Shown: piece by piece, positions 46,192-55,169 of the stretch | How positions within the stretch are numbered: the first letter of the stretch is position 1 | Layout: every line of letters begins with the position of its first letter | Translations under genes and position numbers: made by a program | NCBI GenBank assembly: GCA_006226305.1 | Contig: SBHG01000117.1 | Location: 1 to 58,046, forward strand | DNA from: Alphaproteobacteria bacterium | GTDB taxonomy: Bacteria > Pseudomonadota > Alphaproteobacteria > M2410 | DNA: 58,046 bases | Direction of reading: 5' to 3' | The notes under the pieces: model-generated | Databases searched by the model: none | The model's input: only the letters and a program-made list of their open reading frames with translations | Told to the model about the DNA's origin: nothing

Positions 46192-47520
46192 ATGATGCCC
46201 GATGCATCAAACCGAAATCTGGATGCTCATTGGATGCCCTTTACCGCGATGCGCGACTTTAAAAAGCGGCCGCGGTTTGTCTCACGGGCTCAGGGTCATT
46301 ATTACTATGACGAAGACGGGCGCCAATTGTATGACAGCTTTGCCGGGCTTTGGTCGTCGGGTCTTGGTCATGGCCATCCAAAAATTGTTGAGGCCGTGCA
46401 ACGCCAAGTCGCTGAAATGGATTATGCCATTGGCTTTCAAGTCAGCCACACGAAAGCGATTGAATTGGCTGAAAAGCTGGTTGATTTTGCGCCCGACGAG
46501 TTTTCAACAGCTTTTTTCACAAATTCCGGATCAGAGTCAGCTGATACTTCCCTCAAGATTGCGCTGGCATATCACCGCGCCAACGGCGAACCTCAGCGAA
46601 CCCGATTTGTCGGCCGCGCGCGAGGCTATCACGGCACAAACTTTGGCGGGATGTCGGTAGGGGGCATTACACCCAACAGAAAAACCTTTAGTGCGGCCCT
46701 GATACCTGGGGTCGATCATTTGCCCCACACCTGGGTTCACGAAAAGAACGCCTTTTCAAAAGGGCAACCTCAATGGGGAGGGCATCTGGCCGATGAGCTG
46801 GAAGATATCTGTGCTCTGCATGATGGGGGCAATATAGCGGCCGTCATCGTAGAGCCGGTTGCCGGTTCAACAGGGATCCTGCCGCCACCGGTTGGATACT
46901 TGGAGCGCCTTCGCGAGATTTGCGATCGTCATGGCATTTTGCTTATTTTTGATGAGGTGATCACCGCATTTGGGCGCCTGGGCGAACCCTTTGCGGCCGA
47001 TCGCTTTAACGTCATGCCGGACCTTATTAACACTGCCAAAGGCCTGACAAATGGTGTCATCCCGATGGGCGCGGTTCTCGTCCAAAAGAAAATCTATGAA
47101 GCCCTAATGAGTGGGCCGGAACAGATGATTGAACTGTTTCATGGCTATACATATTCCGGTCATCCGGTCGCCGCAGCTGCCGGTATTGCGGCCATCGACG
47201 CCACAATAGAAGAGGGGATCTGCCAGCAGGTCCGGGAGCTCGAACCCATCTTTGAAGAAGCCATCCATTCGCTGGCCGATCACCCCAAAGTGACTGACGT
47301 GCGCAATATTGGCCTTATGGGCGGCGTCGATATCGCTCCCAGAGAGGGCGCGCCAGGTATGCGAGGATCTGAGGTTCACAAAATCTGTTTCTGGGATGAG
47401 GATCTGGTGATGCGCAACAGCGCGGACAATTTGCAGTTTTCACCCTTTTTGAATGCTAGACCGGACGACATCGCCATGACCTTTGAAAAGGTGCGGCGCG
47501 CGCTCGACAAAATCGAATAG
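46192..47520 (+). CDS. Class-III (omega) aminotransferase, beta-alanine/omega-amino acid--pyruvate type
   Basis: 442-aa ORF with the N-terminus LDAHWMPFTAMRDFKKRPR, plus FTNSGSESADT, ILLIFDEVITAFGRLG and INTAKGLTNG (PLP Lys). Confidence 0.9.
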   Translation: MMPDASNRNLDAHWMPFTAMRDFKKRPRFVSRAQGHYYYDEDGRQLYDSFAGLWSSGLGHGHPKIVEAVQRQVAEMDYAIGFQVSHTKAIELAEKLVDFAPDEFSTAFFTNSGSESADTSLKIALAYHRANGEPQRTRFVGRARGYHGTNFGGMSVGGITPNRKTFSAALIPGVDHLPHTWVHEKNAFSKGQPQWGGHLADELEDICALHDGGNIAAVIVEPVAGSTGILPPPVGYLERLREICDRHGILLIFDEVITAFGRLGEPFAADRFNVMPDLINTAKGLTNGVIPMGAVLVQKKIYEALMSGPEQMIELFHGYTYSGHPVAAAAGIAAIDATIEEGICQQVRELEPIFEEAIHSLADHPKVTDVRNIGLMGGVDIAPREGAPGMRGSEVHKICFWDEDLVMRNSADNLQFSPFLNARPDDIAMTFEKVRRALDKIE

Positions 47521-47789
47521 GCGAGAGTGTGGCTCTATAGGGGTGTTGATTTCTTCGCACGCTTGGACATGTCGGGTTTGGTGGCAGCATAGGATTTGCC
47601 GACCCGGAATGCGGCATGTCATTTGGCTACGCCATGAACAGGATGGGGCCCAGCATTCTCCTGGACGCGCGCGGCCAGTCCCTAGTGGACGCGGCTTATG
47701 CGTGTCTAGGCTATCGCTCGAACCTTAGCGGGGATTGGCAGCGCAGGTCTTCCTGACAGGCCAGGAAAACCGCGCGCAAATCTGAAACC

Positions 47790-48908
47790 CTAAAAGTCCG
47801 CCATGACGCCTACCTGGAAGACCATCTTGTCGTAGACATAGACGTCATCCACGCTGTCATAATCTTCATAGCTGCCGCGGACGAAGAGCCAGGTATCGCG
47901 TTCGCCCAGGGCATGTTCGTAACCCAGCTTCAACCGATAACCTTCCTTCGAGCTAATCGGTTCCTCATTTTCAAGCACGCTATCAGGCGCCGAGTTATCA
48001 TAGCTGTAATCGCGGTAGCTCAGATCAGCATCAAACCGGCGTCGATCGGACGCACGATAGCGATACCGAACGCCGACGGCATCGGTGGTCGTATCATAGT
48101 AACCTGAAAGATTGTCTTCGCGAATATCGTGGCCATAAGAGAACCGGATGTCCTGATTGTCAGAAAGGTCAATTGTCCAACGCAGATCAAACGACCGCAT
48201 TTCATATTCAAGGCTTGTGCCTGGTATCAGCACACCCAGCAGGTCTCTGCCCTCGCGATCGTCATAATCGCGCTTACTAAAGCTCAATTGTCCGCTGATC
48301 TCCTGGTTGGGGCTTGGCTCAAATGTCAAACGCCCCTCAACAGACCATTGCCTGTGATCAAGATTGGTCAGGCCGAGGCTGTCATAGTCCTCGTAGGTCC
48401 GGTCCCGGCCATCCACCGTCAGGCGAAATTCCGCCTTGTCGGTGAGCTCCACGTCTGCGCGCGCGAAAAGGCTGAAAGTATCGGAGTCAAATCGGTCCGG
48501 CGTCGGTGTGCCGCCCGAGTCGCCAATCATCCCCGTGGTTCGGCTGACGTAGGTCTTGTCCCGGCGACGATAGTCCGCGCCAAATGAATACTCGGTGTCT
48601 TTTCCAAAGAAGGAGCCGTCAAACTCGTAAGAGATGCCCGCGCCAAGAGTATAGCTGTCCGCATCGTCAGCATCGCTTTCAAATTTCACCACGTCGGCAC
48701 CGAGCTTTAATCGCAGGCCGCCTTCCGTCTTGTGGTCAAAGTCAAGTTCAATCTCAGAGAACATGGCCCCATCGGGATCTAGTGATCCGCGCAATTTGAA
48801 CGGGTTGTCATCATAACCAAGTGAGACAGAGCCCGAAACGTCGGCATGAGCGAGGTGGACGGGAGCGAGGATGGTCGTCATAGCCAAGACGATTACTGAC
48901 TTTTTCAT
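47790..48908 (-). CDS. Putative outer-membrane beta-barrel protein
   Basis: 372-aa ORF with a signal peptide (LAMTTILAPVHLAHA/DV). It has a repeated amphipathic-strand pattern rich in D/Y/R/G and ends in VGVMADF (terminal Phe). It is the last gene of the fusion/TPR/barrel operon. Confidence 0.62.
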   Translation of the reverse strand: MKKSVIVLAMTTILAPVHLAHADVSGSVSLGYDDNPFKLRGSLDPDGAMFSEIELDFDHKTEGGLRLKLGADVVKFESDADDADSYTLGAGISYEFDGSFFGKDTEYSFGADYRRRDKTYVSRTTGMIGDSGGTPTPDRFDSDTFSLFARADVELTDKAEFRLTVDGRDRTYEDYDSLGLTNLDHRQWSVEGRLTFEPSPNQEISGQLSFSKRDYDDREGRDLLGVLIPGTSLEYEMRSFDLRWTIDLSDNQDIRFSYGHDIREDNLSGYYDTTTDAVGVRYRYRASDRRRFDADLSYRDYSYDNSAPDSVLENEEPISSKEGYRLKLGYEHALGERDTWLFVRGSYEDYDSVDDVYVYDKMVFQVGVMADF

Positions 48909-48942
48909 TGTTCTTTTCCGTTATTGTTAGCCATTCAAGGCC

Positions 48943-50877
48943 CTACATAGCATTTGATTGCAATTTGGTTAATAGAAGATGAGCGGGCTCATAGTTTTCA
49001 TCGAGAAGAAGAATTTTCCGCAATTCTTCCACCGCTGCTGAAGTTGCCTTGTTCTGTACAAGAATGCGTGCCTTCAAAAAACGAGCATCGATGGAGTTGC
49101 TTTCACGCTCAATGGCATCGTTGACCGTTGCGAGGGCGTCATTCAAATTGCCAACAGACAACTGAAGTTCAGCAAGCTTGAGCGCAATAGCCATATCCGT
49201 ATTGCCAAGGTCGACAACCTGCGAATACATCGCAATTGCTTTTCTGGGTTTTCCCTGTTTCAGGTAGAGATCGCCGCTCTGCGTATAGGCCTGAATCGGC
49301 CGCTTTTTTCGCGCAATCACATCATTAAGAACGCTCAGTGCTCCGTCAAAATCGTTGGCGGCGATTTCCTGATCTACCAGCTCATAGGAAATCCGGTCAC
49401 TTTCCGGTTGAAGCTGATAGGCGCGCCGAGCCTCTTGCAAGGCAGCAGCGTCATTACCGGCCCCTCGCAAGGCAAGACTGTGTCCATAAGCAAAAGCGGG
49501 GCTGCGATCGCTCATTTGTGTCAAAATTTCAAATTGAGCCACGCAATCATTGGGTTGCCCTTGTGAGAGCAGCTTCAGGGCATATGCGTATCGAAGGGGT
49601 TGATAAAACGTTGTATCGTCAATGAAAGGCTCAAAGAGGTCTTCTGAGAGACCCTCCGCGTTGGTTTCAATCTGGACAAACAGGAGGAGGGCCTCTGTCA
49701 GCGGTTCTCCTCGGGTGCGACTTGCCGAAAGGCTTTCGGTGGCTCGAGAAATTTTCCGCTCCGAACCCTCAATGAGAGCTGATAAGGCATCAAACTGGCG
49801 GTTCTGGCTGGCCGAACGCTTTGTGCTTTGGATCTTCCGCAAGACCCGTTTGGCGCTGGCGGGCCTTCCGGAGATGTAGAGGTTAAGAGCTCGGTGCAAT
49901 CCGATCGACAGTCGGTCTTTTGCCAGATTATGAGCCTCGCGATAAACCGAAATGGCGTCTCTAAACCGGCCTTTGCCAAAATAGAAATTGGCAAGTTCTG
50001 TAGCTGGGACGGAATTGTGGGGCGCCAGGGCAATTGCCTTGATGAAAGCACTTTCAATGTCTTCTTGCGAATGTGTGCCTGAACTGTTTATCGCCATGGC
50101 AAGTTTTCGCCATGTCGCGCTGTGATTTGGGCGATACTCAATTGATTTTTTGAATACAGCAATGGCTTCATCATATCGTGCAAGCTCAACCAGTGACGAT
50201 CCCTGTGCAGAAAGCGCTTTACCTCGGCGCTCACCGCTGGAAATTTCCGCTGCGTGGTGCAGAACAGCCAGAGCTTCGACATGTCGGTCAAGCTTGGCCA
50301 GCAGCAGCCCTAGATTAATGTTAGCTGCCTGGTGGTTTGGAAAGGCGGCGACATGTTGACGGTAGCTTTCCAGTGCTTCTTCATCCCGGTCTTGCGCGCG
50401 CAGGGCGTAGCCGTAAGCAAAGGCGCTTCCCAGAGCTGCGCGATCTTCAGGTGACAGACTCGCAAAAACATCAACCGCTTCCCCATAGTGTTGACGCCTG
50501 GAGAGCTCTTCGCCAGCGAAGGCTACGATGGCCGGCTGAAGGGTCGGATCGGCATTCTCAAAAAAAGAAGCAGTTGTAAGTTGGTCAAGTTTAAAAGCGG
50601 TCCCTCTAGACGCCTCAATCAACTTGACAACAGCTTCCGCCAGATCTGGCGACAAAGTCACACTGGTAATATCTTCCGTCGGATCGTCTTCATCAGCGCT
50701 AACGGCGACCACTTGAGTTTCAGAGACAGACTGCGCCAAACGCTGGTCCACCATGATGACGATGGCTGCCAGTAAAAGCGCAATGGCAGCTAAGCCTGGT
50801 GCAGAAAGCGCGACGCGGGAATCAAGAGGTCTGAAGATGGAATTCCAGGTCACGGCGTAAGCCCTTTTTTTGAACAT
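48943..50877 (-). CDS. Membrane-anchored multi-TPR protein (start uncertain: ATG 50877, GTG 50853, or upstream 51003)
   Basis: There is one TM segment (GLAAIALLLAAIVIMV) followed by about 600 aa of TPR-like repeats (YGYALRAQDRDEEALESYRQ..., GDLYLKQGKPRKAIAMYSQ...). Every candidate start overlaps the 3' end of the upstream gene. Confidence 0.7.
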   Translation of the reverse strand: MFKKRAYAVTWNSIFRPLDSRVALSAPGLAAIALLLAAIVIMVDQRLAQSVSETQVVAVSADEDDPTEDITSVTLSPDLAEAVVKLIEASRGTAFKLDQLTTASFFENADPTLQPAIVAFAGEELSRRQHYGEAVDVFASLSPEDRAALGSAFAYGYALRAQDRDEEALESYRQHVAAFPNHQAANINLGLLLAKLDRHVEALAVLHHAAEISSGERRGKALSAQGSSLVELARYDEAIAVFKKSIEYRPNHSATWRKLAMAINSSGTHSQEDIESAFIKAIALAPHNSVPATELANFYFGKGRFRDAISVYREAHNLAKDRLSIGLHRALNLYISGRPASAKRVLRKIQSTKRSASQNRQFDALSALIEGSERKISRATESLSASRTRGEPLTEALLLFVQIETNAEGLSEDLFEPFIDDTTFYQPLRYAYALKLLSQGQPNDCVAQFEILTQMSDRSPAFAYGHSLALRGAGNDAAALQEARRAYQLQPESDRISYELVDQEIAANDFDGALSVLNDVIARKKRPIQAYTQSGDLYLKQGKPRKAIAMYSQVVDLGNTDMAIALKLAELQLSVGNLNDALATVNDAIERESNSIDARFLKARILVQNKATSAAVEELRKILLLDENYEPAHLLLTKLQSNAM

Positions 50878-53323
50878 TTTGAATTTCAATTCCAGGACGT
50901 CCGTTGACCTCCAGAACAATGGGGCCATCGTGATCGTCCAGGCAGATATCGACCCCGAGATAGCCAAGCGGAATGGCTTTGCCGCAGGCAATCGCAATGT
51001 CAACTATTTGATCCCAATAGGGCACGACAAATCCCTCCAGCGAGGCATTGGAATCGGGATGAGTCTTAATTTCTCTGCCCTTGATGGAGGCACGCCGGGT
51101 CGCGCCGGTCTTCAGGTCAATGGCAATGCCAATGGCGCCTTGGTGAAGATTCGCTTTGCAGTTGGACTGGCTCGTCGGCAGGCGCAGCATGGCGCTGATA
51201 GGCTTGCCACGGAACAAAATGACGCGAATATCTGACAACCCTAAGTCCGCCAGCCGGTTGAGCGCATGGTGTTGCTCCAAGAGAGGTTCAACATATGCGG
51301 CATCGGGGCGACTATCCTGCGAGTAGGTTCCGCTCAATACATGAAGCGTGTGGCGCTCAATGTCCTTCAAGGTCAGATGATCACCATTGGCTGCGATAAA
51401 GGACCCGTCTTCCTGGCCTCGGATCACCAAAATGCCATTGCCCTGCGTGCCACGGTTCGGCTTAAGCACAAATCGATCAAGCTCCCGAATTACCGCCAGA
51501 AAGTCATCGAGATCATGATGGTTCGCGCAAATGGCCAGTGTGTCGCAAACCGGAATGTGGGCAGTCGCAAGCGCTTCTTTGGTGCGCACCTTATCCGTCG
51601 CAAGCTCAAGAAAGATACGCGGGTTGACCAGATTGACATAGTCCCTGTTGCGGCTGTTGATGCCAAGGGCGGAGCCGTCACCAAGAATGTTTCTGAAGCG
51701 AATATACTCAAGCAACCGCATGCCAGGCCACCGCCCGAAATAGATCAACACCGCCAACACCAAAAACAGGGTTTCCGGCATCAGCGAGAAGACGCTTTGC
51801 AGAACGACGGAAGAAAAGGCAAAAAAGCAAATCGTCGTTGAGATGAGAACACCGACTGAGGAGATAAACAGCTCACGCCAGTTTCGGTCTTCCGCCATCT
51901 GGTGAATTCGGTCCGCGAGAAACGAAATGATGATAACCGGAAAGAGGGCCAGCATTCCAAAATTCCACGAGACCTTACCGCCCAAAGACCAAAGAACCAC
52001 AATGAACAGCCCGGTACACAAGGTGATAATCGCCGCAAGTCTGGGAACTTTGAGCAATCGATATCGGTCCAAAAAGGCGTGCCCCAGGAAAGCAAAGAGG
52101 ACGACCGCGCCAAATGCTGAAAGGCCTTCAACAAGCCCCGTGTGAACACAGGCCGCCGCCACCAGCATCGGCATAAAAGTTCCAAAGGTGTGCAGGCCAA
52201 TAACATTACGCAAGAACGCCACAACAAGAGCGCCGAAGGGAAACAACAAAAAGACCCCAATGGTCCTTTCGTCAAGACCCGTAAAGGCAAGCAGCTCGGC
52301 GGCATTCATGCGTGAGGGTGAGGGCTCCTCGTCAGCCTCGCCAAAGCGGAACAGGGCTGAGGAAAGGTGTTCTTTCTCGATATCAAACAAATACTCGAAA
52401 TTGATATTTTTCGTGTGTGTAAACAGCGGCAGGTCGCCGGTATAAAGCTGAAGGTAATTCGCAGGAAGCGTTGCAAAGTGTCCATTTGTCGGATCGATCG
52501 GAACCCAATGATCCTGAACCCAAACCTCGACCCATTGGTGCGAGGTCTTTTTGCGCCCATTGTTTAAAATAACCCCGCCCACAAGCCGTGCCGGAATTCC
52601 GTTGTAACGGGCGAGTGCAACAAAGAGGCGCCCCTTGCCGTTACAGCTCGCCTGTTTGAGCCGCAGGGCGGTCAGCGCATCGGTGAACCCCTTAAAGGGC
52701 GCCCCCTCGATCTCTTCGTAAACATAGCGATAGATGGTTTGAAGTGTCGGCAGGAGCAATCGGTCCTGCCCCGAACCGATTTGCGACCAGACTTGGTCAA
52801 TCTCTTTATGGAAGACCGGGATCGCTTCGGTGCCCATCAAATAGGCTGTGACTTCTTCAGGAAGCTGTCTCGAAATACGAAGATTAGGGTCAAGTTGATA
52901 GGTCACTCGTTTCGAGGCGACAAGCGCATGATAGCTTAATTTTGACTCTCCGCGACCACTCCAGACACCGAGCCGGCCATCCCCGTTCTCCGTGTCGTCA
53001 AAAGAGAAGGATCCGGAAATAACATGTTCACGGACGACGTCCTGATGGGCATCGGACAGGGGGAGGTAGGTCCGCACGGCTACATCGTCCGTATCTTCAT
53101 CAAAAGACATGGTCAGCGTATAGCTATGCAGGGTTTCCGATCGGAAGCCCGCCAATAGGTCGGGCTGTGCATGGAGCCGAAGACCGACAAGGCAAAGCCC
53201 GACAACACAGGATAAAATGGCGGGGTCCAGCAACCAAAGGCGGCTGCGAAAATATTTCCCTCTTGGAGAGACCATAACGGGCACCAGACGCAATACTGCC
53301 CTCCTCACACAAAAGGGCTTCAC
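50822..53323 (-). CDS. Tri-domain fusion: transglutaminase-like core + 7TM block + RimK/alpha-L-glutamate-ligase-like ATP-grasp
   Basis: 833-aa ORF from a GTG at 53323, with an alternative ATG at 53275.
- TGase core: C227 in ASCNGKG lies 15 aa before GIPAR, with H262 in SHQWVEVW and D277 in PIDPT.
- aa ~345-535 contain seven hydrophobic helices.
- aa ~550-833 are ATP-grasp (LGINSRNRDYVNLVNPR, VLKPNRGTQGNGI, GVDICLDD..VLEVNGRPG). Confidence 0.8.
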   Translation of the reverse strand: MKPFCVRRAVLRLVPVMVSPRGKYFRSRLWLLDPAILSCVVGLCLVGLRLHAQPDLLAGFRSETLHSYTLTMSFDEDTDDVAVRTYLPLSDAHQDVVREHVISGSFSFDDTENGDGRLGVWSGRGESKLSYHALVASKRVTYQLDPNLRISRQLPEEVTAYLMGTEAIPVFHKEIDQVWSQIGSGQDRLLLPTLQTIYRYVYEEIEGAPFKGFTDALTALRLKQASCNGKGRLFVALARYNGIPARLVGGVILNNGRKKTSHQWVEVWVQDHWVPIDPTNGHFATLPANYLQLYTGDLPLFTHTKNINFEYLFDIEKEHLSSALFRFGEADEEPSPSRMNAAELLAFTGLDERTIGVFLLFPFGALVVAFLRNVIGLHTFGTFMPMLVAAACVHTGLVEGLSAFGAVVLFAFLGHAFLDRYRLLKVPRLAAIITLCTGLFIVVLWSLGGKVSWNFGMLALFPVIIISFLADRIHQMAEDRNWRELFISSVGVLISTTICFFAFSSVVLQSVFSLMPETLFLVLAVLIYFGRWPGMRLLEYIRFRNILGDGSALGINSRNRDYVNLVNPRIFLELATDKVRTKEALATAHIPVCDTLAICANHHDLDDFLAVIRELDRFVLKPNRGTQGNGILVIRGQEDGSFIAANGDHLTLKDIERHTLHVLSGTYSQDSRPDAAYVEPLLEQHHALNRLADLGLSDIRVILFRGKPISAMLRLPTSQSNCKANLHQGAIGIAIDLKTGATRRASIKGREIKTHPDSNASLEGFVVPYWDQIVDIAIACGKAIPLGYLGVDICLDDHDGPIVLEVNGRPGIEIQNVQKKGLRRDLEFHLQTS

Positions 53324-53359
53324 AGATGCAGTTTTACCGCAAATGAAGAAAATATCAGG

Positions 53360-54409
53360 TTAATTTATCCCTAAAACTTGCAACTGCTTCGCAGTCGCCT
53401 TTGTCAAAATGTCGCGTCGGCGTTGTTTGGGCGGACAGCCAAACCATCTCTTGCAGCTACGGGTAAATACTGCCTGCTCCGAATAACCCAAGAGGCTTGC
53501 AATATGCGCCAGGGGAATGTTGTTTTGCGCCAAATAGACATCGGCAAGCTCTTTTCGAACCTCGTCGCGGAGCTTCTCAAAAGTCGTTGAAACGCGAGAC
53601 AGACGCTGTTGCAAGGTCCTGGGGTGAATTGAAAGGGCCCGCGCGGCGGCTGAGAGGGTCGCCGGCTGACTGCGCATGAGATGACGAAGCACTTCTTTTG
53701 TTTGCTGATCAACGGGCAGATGATCACTTGGCAACCGAAATTGCACAAATTGCCGAGCATAATTAGCGAGCAGCGGACTGTGTTTGGGAAGGAGACTTCG
53801 AAAGGCGCGGCGGTCAACACAAACCCCATTCCAGTTTTCGCCAAAACGCGCGTCAATGCCAAAATGGCGCCGATAGGTCTCAAGGGGGGACAACCGGTCG
53901 TGACGAAAACAAACCGCGTGAACCGCCAGCCTTTCACCCATTAACAGCTTGAGCGCCTTAAGGATAACCCCGATGGCGTGCTCGATCGCCTGATCCATAG
54001 GCACAGGCTCGGCCAGATGAATATCAAAAACCAATTGATCAATGTCCGAGTCCGGCTCTTCACGCACTTCAAATTGAATACTGGGCGACTGGAAAGCAAT
54101 GTTTTGGGCTGTCAATTTCATCCCATGATAGGCGCTCGGTGCATTCTGCATCGCAAAGGCCAGAGGCCCGACAATGCTGATGTCCTGGAAACTGGCCAGC
54201 TGCAGGCCCAGGTCTGAAACCTCGAGTTTTTGGGCAGCGCCCTCCAGCGCAGCAATGAACGAATAATAGGAGATATAGCGATCCGGATTATCCAGTTCGG
54301 CAATACGAAGGCCGGAAGCGGCTAACAAGACCTGCGGGTCACCGCCCAGGCTCGAAATAAGGCGCCGATATCCCGTAAGGGCCCCGGATCTGACGACTTC
54401 CTCTCTCAT
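53360..54409 (-). CDS. AraC-family transcriptional regulator (N-terminal ligand-binding-type domain)
   Basis: 349-aa ORF with a C-terminal double HTH (LSAAARALSIHPRTLQQRLSRV...IASLLGYSEQAVFTRSCKRWFG). It lies 36 nt upstream of the fusion gene on the same strand and is divergent from the cupin gene. Confidence 0.9.
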   Translation of the reverse strand: MREEVVRSGALTGYRRLISSLGGDPQVLLAASGLRIAELDNPDRYISYYSFIAALEGAAQKLEVSDLGLQLASFQDISIVGPLAFAMQNAPSAYHGMKLTAQNIAFQSPSIQFEVREEPDSDIDQLVFDIHLAEPVPMDQAIEHAIGVILKALKLLMGERLAVHAVCFRHDRLSPLETYRRHFGIDARFGENWNGVCVDRRAFRSLLPKHSPLLANYARQFVQFRLPSDHLPVDQQTKEVLRHLMRSQPATLSAAARALSIHPRTLQQRLSRVSTTFEKLRDEVRKELADVYLAQNNIPLAHIASLLGYSEQAVFTRSCKRWFGCPPKQRRRDILTKATAKQLQVLGIN

Positions 54410-54546
54410 GGAAAGAAGTTTTGCATGTCATTCGTGTGAAGTCAAAAAACTTTCGCGTGAGATCAAGACTAAAAGGGCGCCAGGGACTACTCTCTGCCTT
54501 GGTTACAAAAGAGGCGCCAACAATGGCGAGCAGCAGGAGAATTATC

Positions 54547-55044
54547 ATGGGACTCGAGGCAGTTATTCACCAGCAGAACTATTTGCTGACAATCAACCGG
54601 CACAAAGACGGCGAAGTGGTCGATGCAATTCCGGGTGTGCATGTCACGCCTTGTTTTCTGGACTCGGAAAATGGCGTTTGGGTGCTCTATGCCCGCTTTG
54701 ATCCGGGCACACTTCTGCCGCGACATTATCACACCGGCGTTGTGCATTTTTATACGACCAAGGGGTCGTGGAACTATGTTGAATATCCAGACGATGTGCA
54801 GACAGAGGGCAGTTATCTGTTTGAACCGGGGGGATCAATTCATACCTTTCAATCGAAAGAGGGCGCTGAGGGATTTATGGTCGTTCATGGCGCGAACGTG
54901 AACCTCAATGAAGATGATACGTTGATGTTCATCATGGATGCCGGGTGGATTGAGCAGACAATTATTGCTGTGGCCAAGCAAAATGGCCAAAAGCTTCCGC
55001 GATATATCAAGCCCAAGGCTGGCTCTGATTTCAGCGACAGCTGA
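54547..55044 (+). CDS. Cupin-fold protein (2,4'-dihydroxyacetophenone dioxygenase/ChrR-like family)
   Basis: The ORF is open from 54421. The best start is the ATG at 54547, preceded by AGGAGAATTATC. The cupin motif is LLPRHYHTGVVHFYTTKGSW...EPGGSIHTF. Confidence 0.62.
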   Translation: MGLEAVIHQQNYLLTINRHKDGEVVDAIPGVHVTPCFLDSENGVWVLYARFDPGTLLPRHYHTGVVHFYTTKGSWNYVEYPDDVQTEGSYLFEPGGSIHTFQSKEGAEGFMVVHGANVNLNEDDTLMFIMDAGWIEQTIIAVAKQNGQKLPRYIKPKAGSDFSDS

Positions 55045-55169
55045 TCGTGCATCCCCCGCTGTCGCGGCGTTCCTCCGGGCAGGGAGAGCTTGAAATAGAG
55101 AGGTTTTGGCGTTTGTATGAGTATCAACGCCAATTCTTTTCGCATGTCACGCTGAGGGGGTAAGAAATA

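Noticed and set aside
47744-47770. Hairpin TTCCTG-ACAGGC-CAGGAA between the convergent aminotransferase and OM-barrel genes as a bidirectional terminator
   Set aside because: The stem is only 6 bp and no U-tract follows on either strand. That is too weak to call an intrinsic terminator.
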